A stretch of 64,000 nucleotides of DNA from an uncultured virus (IMG/VR IMGVR_UViG_3300046832_003565) (lineage: Duplodnaviria; Heunggongvirae; Uroviricota; Caudoviricetes), in IMG/VR virus record IMGVR_UViG_3300046832_003565; one strand, 5' to 3'. A program made the translations under genes and the position numbers. The notes below the pieces were generated by a model. It did no database searches. It worked only from the letters and a program-made list of their open reading frames with translations, and was not told the DNA's origin. Each line of letters opens with the position of its first letter. The first letter of the stretch is position 1. This document shows positions 1 through 11,157 of the stretch, piece after piece.

Positions 1-2
1 CA

Positions 3-599
3 GCTAGATTTTTATTAGATCCAACAATAGATGAAAATGTAAAAAAATATTTACAAGGTGAAATTTATGTAAGTAAGCTTTTAACTAATAAAGACTTTGA
101 TAAAGCTAGTCAATACATAAAAAGTTTGGACGATATTCCAATGATGCAAATGCGATATTTATTTGATGTAAAAAATCCTATAATTGATAAATTTATAGAT
201 GAAAATTTTATTCATAAAATAAGAAATTTTGGATTTTATGATGTCAAAATTATTACCAACTTAATCGAATGGTATCCACAAATAAGACAATATATTACAT
301 ATAATATATTGTTCAATCTAATTCAAAAAGATTCAAGATATGGATCTTATATGGAACAAAAACTTATTCCAGTTTTGTTAGAATTTTATCCTGATTTCTT
401 TAAAGAAAATGTTGAAAGACTAAAGATATCTGATGAAACAAAAAACATGATAAGACAAAAATTGTCATTACAAACACCCGAAGAACCTACTATCGCTTCA
501 CTAAATATAATTGTAAAAATTGCAAAAACATTAGACTTAAAAAAGAAATATATTTTAGCAGACAAGTTGACAAAAATATTAGGAAAATACAATGTTTAA
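3..599 (+). CDS. 5'-truncated large hypothetical protein with C-terminal KIAxxLD..Y.LAD tag
   Basis: Frame is open from the window start; ends EEPTIASLNIIVKIAKTLDLKKKYILADKLT, nearly the same as the end of the next ORF. Confidence 0.75.
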   Translation, partial: ARFLLDPTIDENVKKYLQGEIYVSKLLTNKDFDKASQYIKSLDDIPMMQMRYLFDVKNPIIDKFIDENFIHKIRNFGFYDVKIITNLIEWYPQIRQYITYNILFNLIQKDSRYGSYMEQKLIPVLLEFYPDFFKENVERLKISDETKNMIRQKLSLQTPEEPTIASLNIIVKIAKTLDLKKKYILADKLTKILGKYNV

Positions 600-3513
600 C
601 AATAGATTGATTTTAGCAAATAAAGATTTATTTATTTCCATTTTTAATACTGTAGGCAAGAATTATAATGATTTCAAACAAGTTGTTAATAATTTTGATC
701 CGCCAAGTTTAAGACCTTTAGCAGCCTGGTGTCTTGCAAATAATTTCTTAGATACACTTACTGAAAGTATTGTAAGTGATGTTTCTGCATATTTGAAAAA
801 ATCACCAAAAATTTTATCTGATATTGTAGTAAAAAAAGATAGAGTTGTAATTCTTGGTGAAGAATTTTTGTCCGATCCAAATGATAAAACTTTAGTATTA
901 AGATTCTCAGAATTCATTCATTCAAAATTTCCAATTGAAAGACAAGTAATTAATTCAACCCCAAGCAATATTGACATGACTCCAGTCCTCACTGGCGATG
1001 GAATTAAGATTTATGAAGTATATAATGTAAATGATGCAAGACAAGCTGGAAATGGAACATCATGGTGTATTGCATATAAAGGTGGAGAAAATCTTTGGCA
1101 AAATTATAGAACAGCTGATGAAGCTACATTTTTTATTGTTCACGATGATAATCCACCAACCCCTGATCAAGCCAAAGTGGCAATTGACTTTAACAAAAGA
1201 GAAGTAAGTCTTACAGATTTACCAAACTGGACAGGTGCGGTTTTGTCAAATGGCATGAATTGGAATGAATACAAGGAATATCTCATAAGAAAAAATGTTA
1301 ATGTGGATGCAAAAAGAATTAATCCTGAAACAAACAATGAAGAATTAATTTTAAAAAATAAACCCTTATCCAAAAAAGAAAAAAAATTAGTTTCAGTAAA
1401 AGATTTATTTCAAAGTAGTCGAAATTATTATGGACTAAAACCATTATCTTTGGAAGAAATTAATAATTTTAGAAAAGGAAAAGTTGTACTTAATTTACCA
1501 AGTCATGTGCAATTTTTAGAATACAAATTATCTTTAGGCACTAATTTAGATTTAGATCATTACCATATAACAGGGACGAATAATAGCGGTAGTAAGGCTT
1601 ATTTTCAATTAGAAGTTGAAAAAGGAACACCAGTTAATTTTCAAAAAACCGAATCGCCTGATGGTAATATAGTTGATTCAGTTTCATTTGAAGATGAAGA
1701 TGCAAAAACATATACATATCAGATGATTGGATTAGGACATCCACTCACAGACGATGCCTTCCTTAATCTATTTGATGTTCCTGGCGGAAATCAAACATTA
1801 GTTCAATATATAAACACTGGATTTGTAATACCTAGATTTCAAGAAAACACATTAGAAAAATATCCCAAATATTACAAATCTTATCTGAGGAAATTATTAC
1901 AGGGTGGTAATTATGAGCATGTCATACTCAACCTCAAGTATGATGAATCAGAAATGATTGATGCTTTATCAATAGAAAATGATGAAGAAACATTAGAATC
2001 TGCTGCTCAATTACTTTCTCAAAAAGATTTTACTATAACAGATAGATATCCTCAGATATTGCTATATGCTAAACCAGATCATGAAAGATACATTTTTCCT
2101 GAAAATGATGAATTGTCTCGTAAAGTTGCATATGTAAGTGGACTAGATCCACAACATAGTGAATCTAAAAATCCAGAATATGCCTTGTTGTATTTACTTG
2201 ATAAACCTGCATTGGACAAATTAACCAATGATTTAAAAGCAAACAAATACAACTTGTTAGTTATATCTGATTTTATCAACAAAGATATTCAATCATTAGC
2301 AGAATCTCGTGCAGATAGACAACTTAAAAGTGTTTATACATACAGGTCCCAACCATTACCAGATTATTATCCAGAATCTGAATTTGTAGATGCTTTATAT
2401 TATTTAAAATTTAAACAAGAAATTAATAATCAAATTCTAGAAATTAATATGCTTGATGCAGATGATCGATTTACTGAAGAGGATTACGCTAAATTAGTTA
2501 AAGGAGAAGTTTACGCTTCAATTTTCTTTAATCAAGAAATATATAAAAATACTAACAATTTTGGAATTAGTACTGACAAAAAAGCTTTATTCAAATTTAC
2601 AGATTTTGAAAGTGAAAATGAATATACAGAACATCCATTGATAGAAGGAGCATTAATATATTTAGATAAAGTTTTATCAATTTTTGGACAATCCAAAGAT
2701 GATTTACTTACAGGATTTCTTCAATCATCAGGATATTTTACTGATCAAACAATAGATTTATTATTTTCTAGATATAGCAAAAAAGAAGTTTTTGATAAAC
2801 TAAGCACATTGAGCATTAATGCAGTAAGAAATGAAATATGGACATTCCACAAATATTTTACTTGTTTCAATGATTTTAAATCACTTGCTGCATTATATCA
2901 AATAAGGCAAAGACAACCTTTCGATTCTTATCTTTACAATATAACTCAAGAAGAAATAAATGAACATATTAATGATCAAGATTTTATAAATTTTATCATG
3001 TCTGAAAAACCAGAAATTTTATCTGATGAATTAATTGATAACTATATTATTAACAATGGTTTAGGTACTGCAAGTAAAATAATACTAAATCAAAAAATCC
3101 TAAATAGAGCATACGAACTTTGGAAAGAAAGAAAATTATCACCTCAAGATTTAGGGTGGAATGATAATTTTATTGCAAAACTTGGACAGGAAAGAAACCA
3201 AGGTTTAATAAGTGATGAAGATGTAAAAAGAATTGTAGGTAGTTCAATAGATCATGACACTATTATTAATAATCCATCCCTAACTCCTGAAGAAAAAACA
3301 AAACTGTTGTCTGAAAAATCAAAATTAAAAACAACAGAGCAACCAACAGAACAAATCCCACCTAAAAATATTTCAGAAGAAAATGAAGAAGAACCTACTA
3401 TCGCATCCCTAAAAACAATGGTGAAAATTGCAAGTAAATTAGACCTGAAAAAGAAATATAAATTAGCAGACAAAATCACACAAAAACTTAGAGATTACAA
3501 TGTACAATCATAG
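592..3513 (+). CDS. 973-aa phage protein with WCI (PcfJ-related) domain and C-terminal tag
   Basis: GTSWCIAY...LWQNYR...FFIVHDDNPPTP.QAKVAIDF block shared with 3500..6280 and, more distantly, 56150..58504. Confidence 0.8.
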   Translation: MFNNRLILANKDLFISIFNTVGKNYNDFKQVVNNFDPPSLRPLAAWCLANNFLDTLTESIVSDVSAYLKKSPKILSDIVVKKDRVVILGEEFLSDPNDKTLVLRFSEFIHSKFPIERQVINSTPSNIDMTPVLTGDGIKIYEVYNVNDARQAGNGTSWCIAYKGGENLWQNYRTADEATFFIVHDDNPPTPDQAKVAIDFNKREVSLTDLPNWTGAVLSNGMNWNEYKEYLIRKNVNVDAKRINPETNNEELILKNKPLSKKEKKLVSVKDLFQSSRNYYGLKPLSLEEINNFRKGKVVLNLPSHVQFLEYKLSLGTNLDLDHYHITGTNNSGSKAYFQLEVEKGTPVNFQKTESPDGNIVDSVSFEDEDAKTYTYQMIGLGHPLTDDAFLNLFDVPGGNQTLVQYINTGFVIPRFQENTLEKYPKYYKSYLRKLLQGGNYEHVILNLKYDESEMIDALSIENDEETLESAAQLLSQKDFTITDRYPQILLYAKPDHERYIFPENDELSRKVAYVSGLDPQHSESKNPEYALLYLLDKPALDKLTNDLKANKYNLLVISDFINKDIQSLAESRADRQLKSVYTYRSQPLPDYYPESEFVDALYYLKFKQEINNQILEINMLDADDRFTEEDYAKLVKGEVYASIFFNQEIYKNTNNFGISTDKKALFKFTDFESENEYTEHPLIEGALIYLDKVLSIFGQSKDDLLTGFLQSSGYFTDQTIDLLFSRYSKKEVFDKLSTLSINAVRNEIWTFHKYFTCFNDFKSLAALYQIRQRQPFDSYLYNITQEEINEHINDQDFINFIMSEKPEILSDELIDNYIINNGLGTASKIILNQKILNRAYELWKERKLSPQDLGWNDNFIAKLGQERNQGLISDEDVKRIVGSSIDHDTIINNPSLTPEEKTKLLSEKSKLKTTEQPTEQIPPKNISEENEEEPTIASLKTMVKIASKLDLKKKYKLADKITQKLRDYNVQS

Positions 3514-6280
3514 AATTATTATTGCTGGTTTAAGAGATGATATCATTAAGATATTTGAATATCATGATAGTTTTGATCAATCACAAATATTAGCAGCAAT
3601 AAATATAATAGATGAAAAAGATCCTAACACCAATAAACCAAAAATAAATAATTATTTTAAAACATTGGCAGCATGGATAATCTCAAGAAATAATGAACCA
3701 CATGAAATAATTGAATCTCTTGAAAAAGCAATTCGAGCAACAAGAAATAGATCCGATGAAGAAAAATTACAAGTAAGTGACATAAGGGTGAGACTTGATT
3801 CTGTAATTATCAAAGAAAATAAATTTTCAACATATATAGAACTCTCCGAATATGTTCATGAAAAATATCCCACAATTATTGTTGATGAAAAAAAATCAAC
3901 AGAACAAAAAACTAGTAATGTTTTATATAATGATAATGGAATCACAATATATGAAATAAATGATGTTGAAGAATCGAGAGCAGCATCCTCAAATACCAAC
4001 TGGTGCATTGGAAAACCAGGCGGTACAAACATGTGGCAATATTATAGAGATCACCATGCATCCACATTCTTTATAGTACATGATGAAAATCCACCAACAC
4101 CACAACAAGCTAAAGTGGCTATAGATTTTCAAAAAGATCGCATAACACTTACAGATATTCCAAACCATACAGGTATACAATTAACAAATGGATGGAAATG
4201 GGAAGATTATCAAAATTATCTCATGGAAAAAGGAGTGAATTTTAATGCCACTAGAATTAATCCCGAAACCAATGAAGAAGAATTAATATTTAAAAATAAA
4301 CCAATAGATAAAAAACAAGCTCTGCAAAACGCAACATTTAGAAATCTCATAAATCTTAATATAGAAGATCTTAAAAAATGGCAAAACCAAAGATCTGTAA
4401 TTGTAAAAGATACAATAGATTTTTTTGAAGAACTAACAAACCCTGTAAAAACATCCGATAGAAGAGAAAAATATGAAATTGATAATCCCGATGCTGTAAA
4501 TTATTTATCAAGATGGTTAGCTCTTGGAGCACCTGTAGATGATGATGTTTTTAAATTCATTGTAAATAGCACAAGCAATAAACCATTACTTGAAAAATAT
4601 CTCAATTCAAATGTCAATCTTTCTACAAATCAATTAGATTCAATAAAAGACAACAGAAGCTGGCTAACAACATACATAAGAAAACAAATACAAAAATTAG
4701 AAAGTGCAAGACCAGCTGAAAGAGTTCTTAGAAATGATCTTTTTCTTGATCTCATAAATCTTAACAATGATCCACTCCTGCTCGAATATGTAAAAATAGC
4801 AAACACAACAACACAAACCCCAATTATCATTGGAGGATTTGGAGTTAATCAAAGATATAGTTCACAAGCACATTACCTGATACAAGACCCACAATATAAA
4901 GAAATAATAAAAGAAAATATAGCAACACAACCACAATTCTCAGTACCATTAGAAATAAAATTATATGATTTCGATAATGAAAAAGATAAACAATTATTTC
5001 TAAATCTTGAAAATAAATATGCACTTGAAAAATTTATTTATGATGATAATAGATTCCTAAATTTACAAGACTCAAGCCAAAGAATAATTGACATAAAAGA
5101 TGCAACATTTGCAAATGTATTTGATAATCAATTAAGACATAGATTAAATGAATTCGATTTCAAAAAATATACAATCAGCCCAGCAGGATACATTTTAGCA
5201 TCCCTGTTCTTCACAACTCGACGCATTTCTTGGGAACACACAATAAGAGATGCCTATATCAAAATTCTTGAAAACCAAACAGACCCAGAAGCTAAATTAA
5301 AAATTGATAATTTCTATGACCAACTAAATCAAAATGTTAATGATCCAACTTTCTGGAAATCAATAATCATAAAATTGCCCGACTATTTTAGAGATGCAAG
5401 TTTACATCTTAAAAATGAATACTATGACAAATTATTACAAAGAATACCAAACAATATAAAAAATAATAAAGAAATCATATCAGCACTATTAGATAATGAA
5501 AAAACACCACCAACTTATATCGCAGGACTATACGATATCGAAGACAACTACACACAAGATCTAGTTGACATTATCTTAGAAAAACATGTAAAAGATTTCA
5601 AAACATTCATGACTTTCTTTAGCTGGATTAAAGATGCAAAATCAAACCTACCATTCGATGTATTAGAAAAATTAATGCAAACAAATCCAGAAATAATTAT
5701 GGATGTACAAAAAGATCCATACATAGAAGACTATATGAAAGATTTTAGTCGAGGATACACCAAAACAGATATAGGGAAAAAAATACTAGAAAGATATTTT
5801 GAATCAAATCTTGATACAGATAATATAGATATCAACTTTGTATACAACTCTTATTTCAAAGATAAGAAAAAAGTATCACTACAAGATCAACTATTTCTCA
5901 ACAGAAATCAACCAGAAATACTAGGAGATTTAATCAACTACTTTGGAGTGTTCGTGATAGCAAAATTAAATCCCGAAATTGTAGCAAATATAACAAACCT
6001 TTACCCACAATTGAAAAAAACAATACAAGAAGAAATCAAAAAAACTGGAGATCTATTCTATACACCAGAAGAAATAAAATATTTCGAAGATGAAGAAAAT
6101 ATAGAATCTAATATAGAATCTAATACAAATACAGACCAAGACATTCCTGATGATAATGATACAGATGTATTCAAAGAAGCTAAAATCAAAACACTATTGA
6201 AAATAGCCAATATACTGGACAAAAAACAAAAATATATATTGGCAGATGTAATAACTATGAAAATGAAAAATCCCCTATAA
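3500..6280 (+). CDS. 926-aa paralog of 592..3513
   Basis: TNWCIG...MWQYYR...FFIVHDENPPTPQQAKVAIDF; ends LLKIANILDKKQKYILADVIT. Confidence 0.8.
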   Translation: MYNHRIIIAGLRDDIIKIFEYHDSFDQSQILAAINIIDEKDPNTNKPKINNYFKTLAAWIISRNNEPHEIIESLEKAIRATRNRSDEEKLQVSDIRVRLDSVIIKENKFSTYIELSEYVHEKYPTIIVDEKKSTEQKTSNVLYNDNGITIYEINDVEESRAASSNTNWCIGKPGGTNMWQYYRDHHASTFFIVHDENPPTPQQAKVAIDFQKDRITLTDIPNHTGIQLTNGWKWEDYQNYLMEKGVNFNATRINPETNEEELIFKNKPIDKKQALQNATFRNLINLNIEDLKKWQNQRSVIVKDTIDFFEELTNPVKTSDRREKYEIDNPDAVNYLSRWLALGAPVDDDVFKFIVNSTSNKPLLEKYLNSNVNLSTNQLDSIKDNRSWLTTYIRKQIQKLESARPAERVLRNDLFLDLINLNNDPLLLEYVKIANTTTQTPIIIGGFGVNQRYSSQAHYLIQDPQYKEIIKENIATQPQFSVPLEIKLYDFDNEKDKQLFLNLENKYALEKFIYDDNRFLNLQDSSQRIIDIKDATFANVFDNQLRHRLNEFDFKKYTISPAGYILASLFFTTRRISWEHTIRDAYIKILENQTDPEAKLKIDNFYDQLNQNVNDPTFWKSIIIKLPDYFRDASLHLKNEYYDKLLQRIPNNIKNNKEIISALLDNEKTPPTYIAGLYDIEDNYTQDLVDIILEKHVKDFKTFMTFFSWIKDAKSNLPFDVLEKLMQTNPEIIMDVQKDPYIEDYMKDFSRGYTKTDIGKKILERYFESNLDTDNIDINFVYNSYFKDKKKVSLQDQLFLNRNQPEILGDLINYFGVFVIAKLNPEIVANITNLYPQLKKTIQEEIKKTGDLFYTPEEIKYFEDEENIESNIESNTNTDQDIPDDNDTDVFKEAKIKTLLKIANILDKKQKYILADVITMKMKNPL

Positions 6281-6296
6281 TTTAGGGGACTTTTTT
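6267..6296. terminator. Bidirectional intrinsic terminator
   Basis: TCCCCTA-loop-TAGGGGA with A-run before and T-run after, between convergent genes. Confidence 0.65.
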
Positions 6297-7038
6297 ATAT
6301 GCTTTGCAACAACTCGATGGCTCGATCAGCCAATCTGTATTTACCCTGATGCTCCAAAACAGAAGCCACTCTTATTAATCCTTTACAATAAGCCTCAATG
6401 AATGGATCTTTACCTAACTCTTCTTTAGCTTTCATTTCAGCTTCTGGATCATAATCAGATGTTAAATTAAACACTTCCAAATATTCACGAAGATATTCTT
6501 TCTCACGATCCGATAAACCGGAATCTTCTCTAGATAAAACAAAATTAATTTTTTCCACCACTTCTTTAGGATTTCGAACATTGTCTGTAATAAACTTTAC
6601 CAAGTCTTGATAATTACATATCCTTAATCGCGAAAGCAAATTAATCCCATGTTGTTTTAATTCCAATAAAGCATTGTATCTATCTTCAACAGTAATATTA
6701 ATACCATCTACAGATAAACCACTCTTAGCAATACTTCTACCCTTATTCTCAACAAACATTCTCAAATTGTTTTCTGGAGTTGTTTCTTTACTAAATACTT
6801 CAATAATCTTGTCTTTTAAATTAGCATTCTTCACAACATCATTGTCGAAGATCCAAGATTTCGAAAAAACCTTTGTAAGTTTATTTGCTAGTGATTCTTT
6901 AGAACTTTCTAAAATTTTATCTAAATCAGATTTCGAAGCTCTATGATATAAGCCTTCCAACTTATCATAAAAACTAGACATCGTCATCGCTCTTTCTAAA
7001 TTGACAATCTCTATAATGTTTGAATCTTTTGGTTCCAT
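6295..7038 (-). CDS. Hypothetical protein with C-terminal tag
   Basis: 247-aa ORF ending LIRVASVLEHQGKYRLADRAIELL. Confidence 0.7.
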   Translation of the reverse strand: MEPKDSNIIEIVNLERAMTMSSFYDKLEGLYHRASKSDLDKILESSKESLANKLTKVFSKSWIFDNDVVKNANLKDKIIEVFSKETTPENNLRMFVENKGRSIAKSGLSVDGINITVEDRYNALLELKQHGINLLSRLRICNYQDLVKFITDNVRNPKEVVEKINFVLSREDSGLSDREKEYLREYLEVFNLTSDYDPEAEMKAKEELGKDPFIEAYCKGLIRVASVLEHQGKYRLADRAIELLQSI

Positions 7039-7039
7039 A

Positions 7040-7840
7040 ACTAAGATATTCTATAAAGATAATAAATTCACTTTCTAATTTATCCCATAGAGAAAAACAA
7101 TATATATAACAATATATCAAATATAAATACTATAAAAAACGTATATAGAATAAAATAGAATCAATAACCTTTGCCAACAATACCATTAGGATAAAATAAT
7201 CCTAAATTACATTTCTCATATCCTAACTGTAGGCTCAAAGTGTAAGAAAATATCCCATTACACTAAGTATAAGAAGTTAGTGGAGACCAAATGGATGCCT
7301 GGTGGAGACTTGGTGGAAAGATAAGGGAGACTTAGTGGACACTGTAACCCTATTTTTAAAAGGTATAGAAGAATTTATAGATAGATATAAAGATATAACA
7401 CTGTGATAATCTTATCATCTACCATACCACACAACACCTTACAAGAAACACATTAAAGAAAAATCCAACTCAAAAATGATGAGATGGATTTTTTTAGGAT
7501 AGAGAATAAGAATTTCGAGCAATATATACCTTAATATTAAAATAGGAAAAAAGGGATTTGTAGGAATTTCAACTATTTGGATGTGAAAAGCTGTGGGGTT
7601 CCAATACGACCATCACGGATAAACACAAGACATTTTATTATACAAATATATAATATGAGTCGTAATATATACTATTCTACATGGGAAAAAAACTTTCCTT
7701 TTTTACGTTCAGGAATTTCGAGCAAAAACTTTAAAAACATTTGAACCTATTTGAAGTGCGAGAGAAGGAGCTTTTTCTTCCTAACATTACACCTTAAATA
7801 GGTTCAATAATTATTGGTTATAGAGATTTAGAATTTCGAG
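7040..7840. other. Candidate replication origin
   Basis: About 800 bp without a credible ORF; AT-rich tract near 7090-7165; iteron-like repeats; visible C>G to G>C skew flip. Confidence 0.55.
7278..7343 (+). repeat. Six tandem 11-bp iteron-like repeats, consensus TRGTGGAGACT
   Basis: TAGTGGAGACC AAATGGATGCC TGGTGGAGACT TGGTGGAAAGA TAAGGGAGACT TAGTGGACACT. Confidence 0.8.
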
Positions 7841-7841
7841 G

Positions 7842-8648
7842 CTAGATAAAAAAGGTATTGTTTTCTTTTTGTTTTATTAGAGGGGCGTAATCTGTTCTGT
7901 CCCATTGATGAAATAAATAATAATCTTGATTTTCGAGTGTTTGTACTTTGTTATTATTAAAGTTTACAGATATATTTTTCCATTTGATAGCTTCACCAGT
8001 TGCGCAGAAATTATCTGTTAGAGGGTGGCATATTTTTACTGTTGGGTCGGTGGCAAAATATTTGTAAAGATAGTTTAAGGTAGCTTGATCTAAGAATATT
8101 TTTTCATTTACTCTATTAGCATTTAAAAATATCATAAGACAGAAATCAATGTATCTTGAGGTTTTGCCACCAGAGATGCCACCTGATAATACAAATGAAT
8201 TTTTATAATCTTGTTGATGTCCGAAAGTATTTTTATTTAGGAGATCTGCCCACCAGAGGTTGCATTCATTTTCTAACACTTTCATGCCTTCTGCTACTAC
8301 AAATAATTCTTTATCTTTATATTGTTCAAAGAAATGAAAAGGATCATTTTGAATAATAACATCTGCGGGATCTATGTGTAATACAAAATCAAATTCTTCT
8401 CTATGTAAATTTAAAAACTCATAGTATGCAATGAATCGATCTCTGCAGTAATTTTGTATTTCGTGTTTTGGCTCATATACATAATCAAAATATTTCTCTA
8501 ATTCTTTTTTATTTTCATTTGAGATTTTCGAGACAACTATTGCTTTTTTAAAATCTTTATATTTGGTAAGAGATCGGAACATAATTTCGGATCCCATTGT
8601 GAATAAGTTTTCATTGCCTTGGAAAAATGTAATAAGAAGATTTTTCAT
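7842..8648 (-). CDS. Putative GT-A fold glycosyltransferase
   Basis: HIDPADV (DxD-like), GGISGG, DQA and HQWDR motifs; start moved to MKNLL. Confidence 0.65.
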   Translation of the reverse strand: MKNLLITFFQGNENLFTMGSEIMFRSLTKYKDFKKAIVVSKISNENKKELEKYFDYVYEPKHEIQNYCRDRFIAYYEFLNLHREEFDFVLHIDPADVIIQNDPFHFFEQYKDKELFVVAEGMKVLENECNLWWADLLNKNTFGHQQDYKNSFVLSGGISGGKTSRYIDFCLMIFLNANRVNEKIFLDQATLNYLYKYFATDPTVKICHPLTDNFCATGEAIKWKNISVNFNNNKVQTLENQDYYLFHQWDRTDYAPLIKQKENNTFFI

Positions 8649-8670
8649 GTTGTTCTTGTACAGTATAGAT

Positions 8671-9234
8671 ATGTTAATACATTCATATAGCATTTCGAGG
8701 GTTAATGGTCCAGGAAAGAGATTTGTATTGTGGACTCAAGGCTGCAGCAAAGCATGTAAGAATTGTTACAATCCTGAAACTTGGAAATTCGAGGGAGAGG
8801 AGATGAGCCCTGAAAGAATATTAGAGCTAATTAAGAATTTCGAGGTGGATGGAATCACTCTTACTGGAGGAGATCCATTAGAACAAGAAGATATTTTAAT
8901 ATTGTTAGAGATGTTATATAAATTAAATTTACCCAAAGGGATTATTTTATTTTCTGGATATACATTTGATGAAATAAATAATTGTTCTTTGAGGGAATGT
9001 TTTAATTTTATAGATGTTTTAATAGATGGAAAATTCGAGGAAAGTTTTAAAATAACAAATGGTCTTAGAGGTAGCAGTAATCAAAATATAATATCTTTTT
9101 CGAACAAGATTTTCGAGGAAGAAATATCTATAGATCACGAAATAGAAATTGGAGTGTTAGAGGAACAGATATTTTTAACTGGATTTCCCAAGTTAGATAA
9201 AAAATACTTAAAAGAACTTGGTGTAATTGTATAA
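8671..9234 (+). CDS. NrdG-like radical SAM (4Fe-4S) protein
   Basis: NGPGKR..WTQGCSKACKNCYNP, LTGGDPLEQ, DVLIDG, LRGSSNQ; start moved to MLIHS. Confidence 0.85.
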   Translation: MLIHSYSISRVNGPGKRFVLWTQGCSKACKNCYNPETWKFEGEEMSPERILELIKNFEVDGITLTGGDPLEQEDILILLEMLYKLNLPKGIILFSGYTFDEINNCSLRECFNFIDVLIDGKFEESFKITNGLRGSSNQNIISFSNKIFEEEISIDHEIEIGVLEEQIFLTGFPKLDKKYLKELGVIV

Positions 9235-9255
9235 AAATAATGTCTGGGGGATATT

Positions 9256-9450
9256 ATGAAAGATGAACAATTGCTCAGAGATATTTTAATAGATTATATT
9301 GGTTTTTTCTATCATGGAGTATTAAGCCCTAGAGCGCTGCGAAATGCTATGAAGATTTTCGAGGAGCTCTTAGATCTAGGCGCAGATATGAGCGATTATA
9401 TTCCAGTGATGAGACAAATGCAATATGATTTAGATATGGTAATGGTGTAA
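9256..9450 (+). CDS. Hypothetical protein
   Basis: ORF preceded by GGGGA, in a + strand run. Confidence 0.55.
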   Translation: MKDEQLLRDILIDYIGFFYHGVLSPRALRNAMKIFEELLDLGADMSDYIPVMRQMQYDLDMVMV

Positions 9451-9451
9451 A

Positions 9452-9718
9452 ATGAACGCAGTAACAGCAGCTATCAGTTTAGTAAAAAATGAATTGGAAC
9501 AATTAAAAAAAGTTTTTGATAAATCTTGCGAAGAAAGAAAAAAAAGTTTGAAAAATCTTTGCGAGATATGTGAAAAAAATCCAATAACAATCGATCACCC
9601 AATCAAAGGAGAACCAGTGATAGATGTTATAATCGATGGTGTAGAAAAAATGCAATTAAATATGGCATTTCTCTGCGAGGAATGTTTTGATAAATTGTCT
9701 GCAGCTAACAAAATTTAA
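9452..9718 (+). CDS. Small CxxC..CxxC zinc-binding protein
   Basis: CEIC and CEEC motifs. Confidence 0.6.
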   Translation: MNAVTAAISLVKNELEQLKKVFDKSCEERKKSLKNLCEICEKNPITIDHPIKGEPVIDVIIDGVEKMQLNMAFLCEECFDKLSAANKI

Positions 9719-9780
9719 AAAGAATAATAAGAGACAAGGGACTTTTTCGAAGGTCCCTTTTTTTGTGATATGATAGAAGT

Positions 9781-10680
9781 ATGAATCTTTCCCTCTGTTG
9801 CATATCGAATATATTATCTGAGAAAGATATTAAATTTCGAACAATGACGTTTAAGAGTTTTTCGAGCAAATCGAGGGAAGAGTCATTAGAGAAGCTGTCC
9901 GGAATAATTGCTAATAATTTCTTAGTGACAGAAAAAACAATTAGACATTGCGCTGCTAATAATATAAAAGGGTATAGATTTTCGAGCGATCTCTGTCCAA
10001 TCATTAATCATCCAGATGTTAATTTATCATTAGAGGAGCTGCCCAATTTTAAATTAATAGATAATGAAATTAAAAAAGTAAAACTTGCAATTGAGGAAAC
10101 AGAAATTCGAGTGGGTGCGCATCCGAGTGAATATATTTCCCTAACATCTGAAAATGAAAATGTAATAAATAATTCTATAAAGGATCTCGAGCAGCATGCA
10201 GATATATTTAATAGATTAGGTTTATCAGAGTCCTATTATAATCCTTTAAATATTCACATTAGAAAAGAAGGCGATGCAGATTTTCTTTGTAATATTTTTA
10301 TGAAGAATTTCGAGCGATTGAGCTGCAGCGTTAAGAGCCGATTAGTTTTAGAGAACAATGACACTGGGTCTACCTGGGATGTTCTTAATTTGAAAAAGTA
10401 TTTTTGGCAGCATTACAATATACCAGTAACGTTTGACAATTTGCATCACAAGATGTTGAACAATGGAGTAGCTGAGCGCGATGCATTTTTCGAGGCATAT
10501 GAGACCTGGAATGATACAATACCTATATTCCATTATTCTGAGGGCAAGGATAACGGAAGAGCTCATAAGGACATGGCTGAGCATTTACCGGAAGATTATG
10601 GCAAGGAAGTTTTGTTCGATGTGGAACTTAAAAGTAAAGACTATGCCATACTGGATATCTTGAGGAGGGCTGAATGTTAA
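9781..10680 (+). CDS. uvsE: UV DNA damage endonuclease (UvsE/UVDE)
   Basis: YRFSSDL, AHPSEY, LNIH, RLVLENND, PVTFDNLHH, HYSE, AHKD, DVELKSKD motifs. Confidence 0.92.
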   Translation: MNLSLCCISNILSEKDIKFRTMTFKSFSSKSREESLEKLSGIIANNFLVTEKTIRHCAANNIKGYRFSSDLCPIINHPDVNLSLEELPNFKLIDNEIKKVKLAIEETEIRVGAHPSEYISLTSENENVINNSIKDLEQHADIFNRLGLSESYYNPLNIHIRKEGDADFLCNIFMKNFERLSCSVKSRLVLENNDTGSTWDVLNLKKYFWQHYNIPVTFDNLHHKMLNNGVAERDAFFEAYETWNDTIPIFHYSEGKDNGRAHKDMAEHLPEDYGKEVLFDVELKSKDYAILDILRRAEC

Positions 10681-10928
10681 CAATTGAAAAAATCGAGGCG
10701 ATCACTTTAAATACAGTTGAAAAATATTTAAAAAACTGTATGAGAGTTTCTAAGATGGAAGGAAAACACACTAGAAGTATTTGGTTTAAAGACTATAATG
10801 GTGAGTTTACCGTATTTATTTACTCGCTGCTAAATAATTCATCCACAGTTCTTGCAACAGTGGAAGGAATGCCGTATAATTGTTCTATCTCAAAAGAGGA
10901 GTTTTACCGCACTTTTAACTCCTATTAG
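10674..10928 (+). CDS. Hypothetical protein
   Basis: ORF overlapping the uvsE stop; GGAGG upstream. Confidence 0.55.
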   Translation: MLTIEKIEAITLNTVEKYLKNCMRVSKMEGKHTRSIWFKDYNGEFTVFIYSLLNNSSTVLATVEGMPYNCSISKEEFYRTFNSY

Positions 10929-10929
10929 A

Positions 10930-11157
10930 ATGGATATCATGAAACCAAGATACAATATGGCTAATCCACAAGAATTACCCACTAATAAACAAGTGGATTA
11001 TTACTTCGAAGACAATGAAACTAACATTATTCTCGAAATAACAAATATAGTGCTGAACAATTTAGAATTTCGAGATTTTATTGGCGAAGAAATTGATTTG
11101 AGCGATGAGGCTCTATCAGAAATTTCGAGCAAATTAAAAAAGATTTTAAATGGCTAA
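10930..11157 (+). CDS. Hypothetical protein
   Basis: Start moved to MDIMKP; fills the operon gap. Confidence 0.5.
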   Translation: MDIMKPRYNMANPQELPTNKQVDYYFEDNETNIILEITNIVLNNLEFRDFIGEEIDLSDEALSEISSKLKKILNG

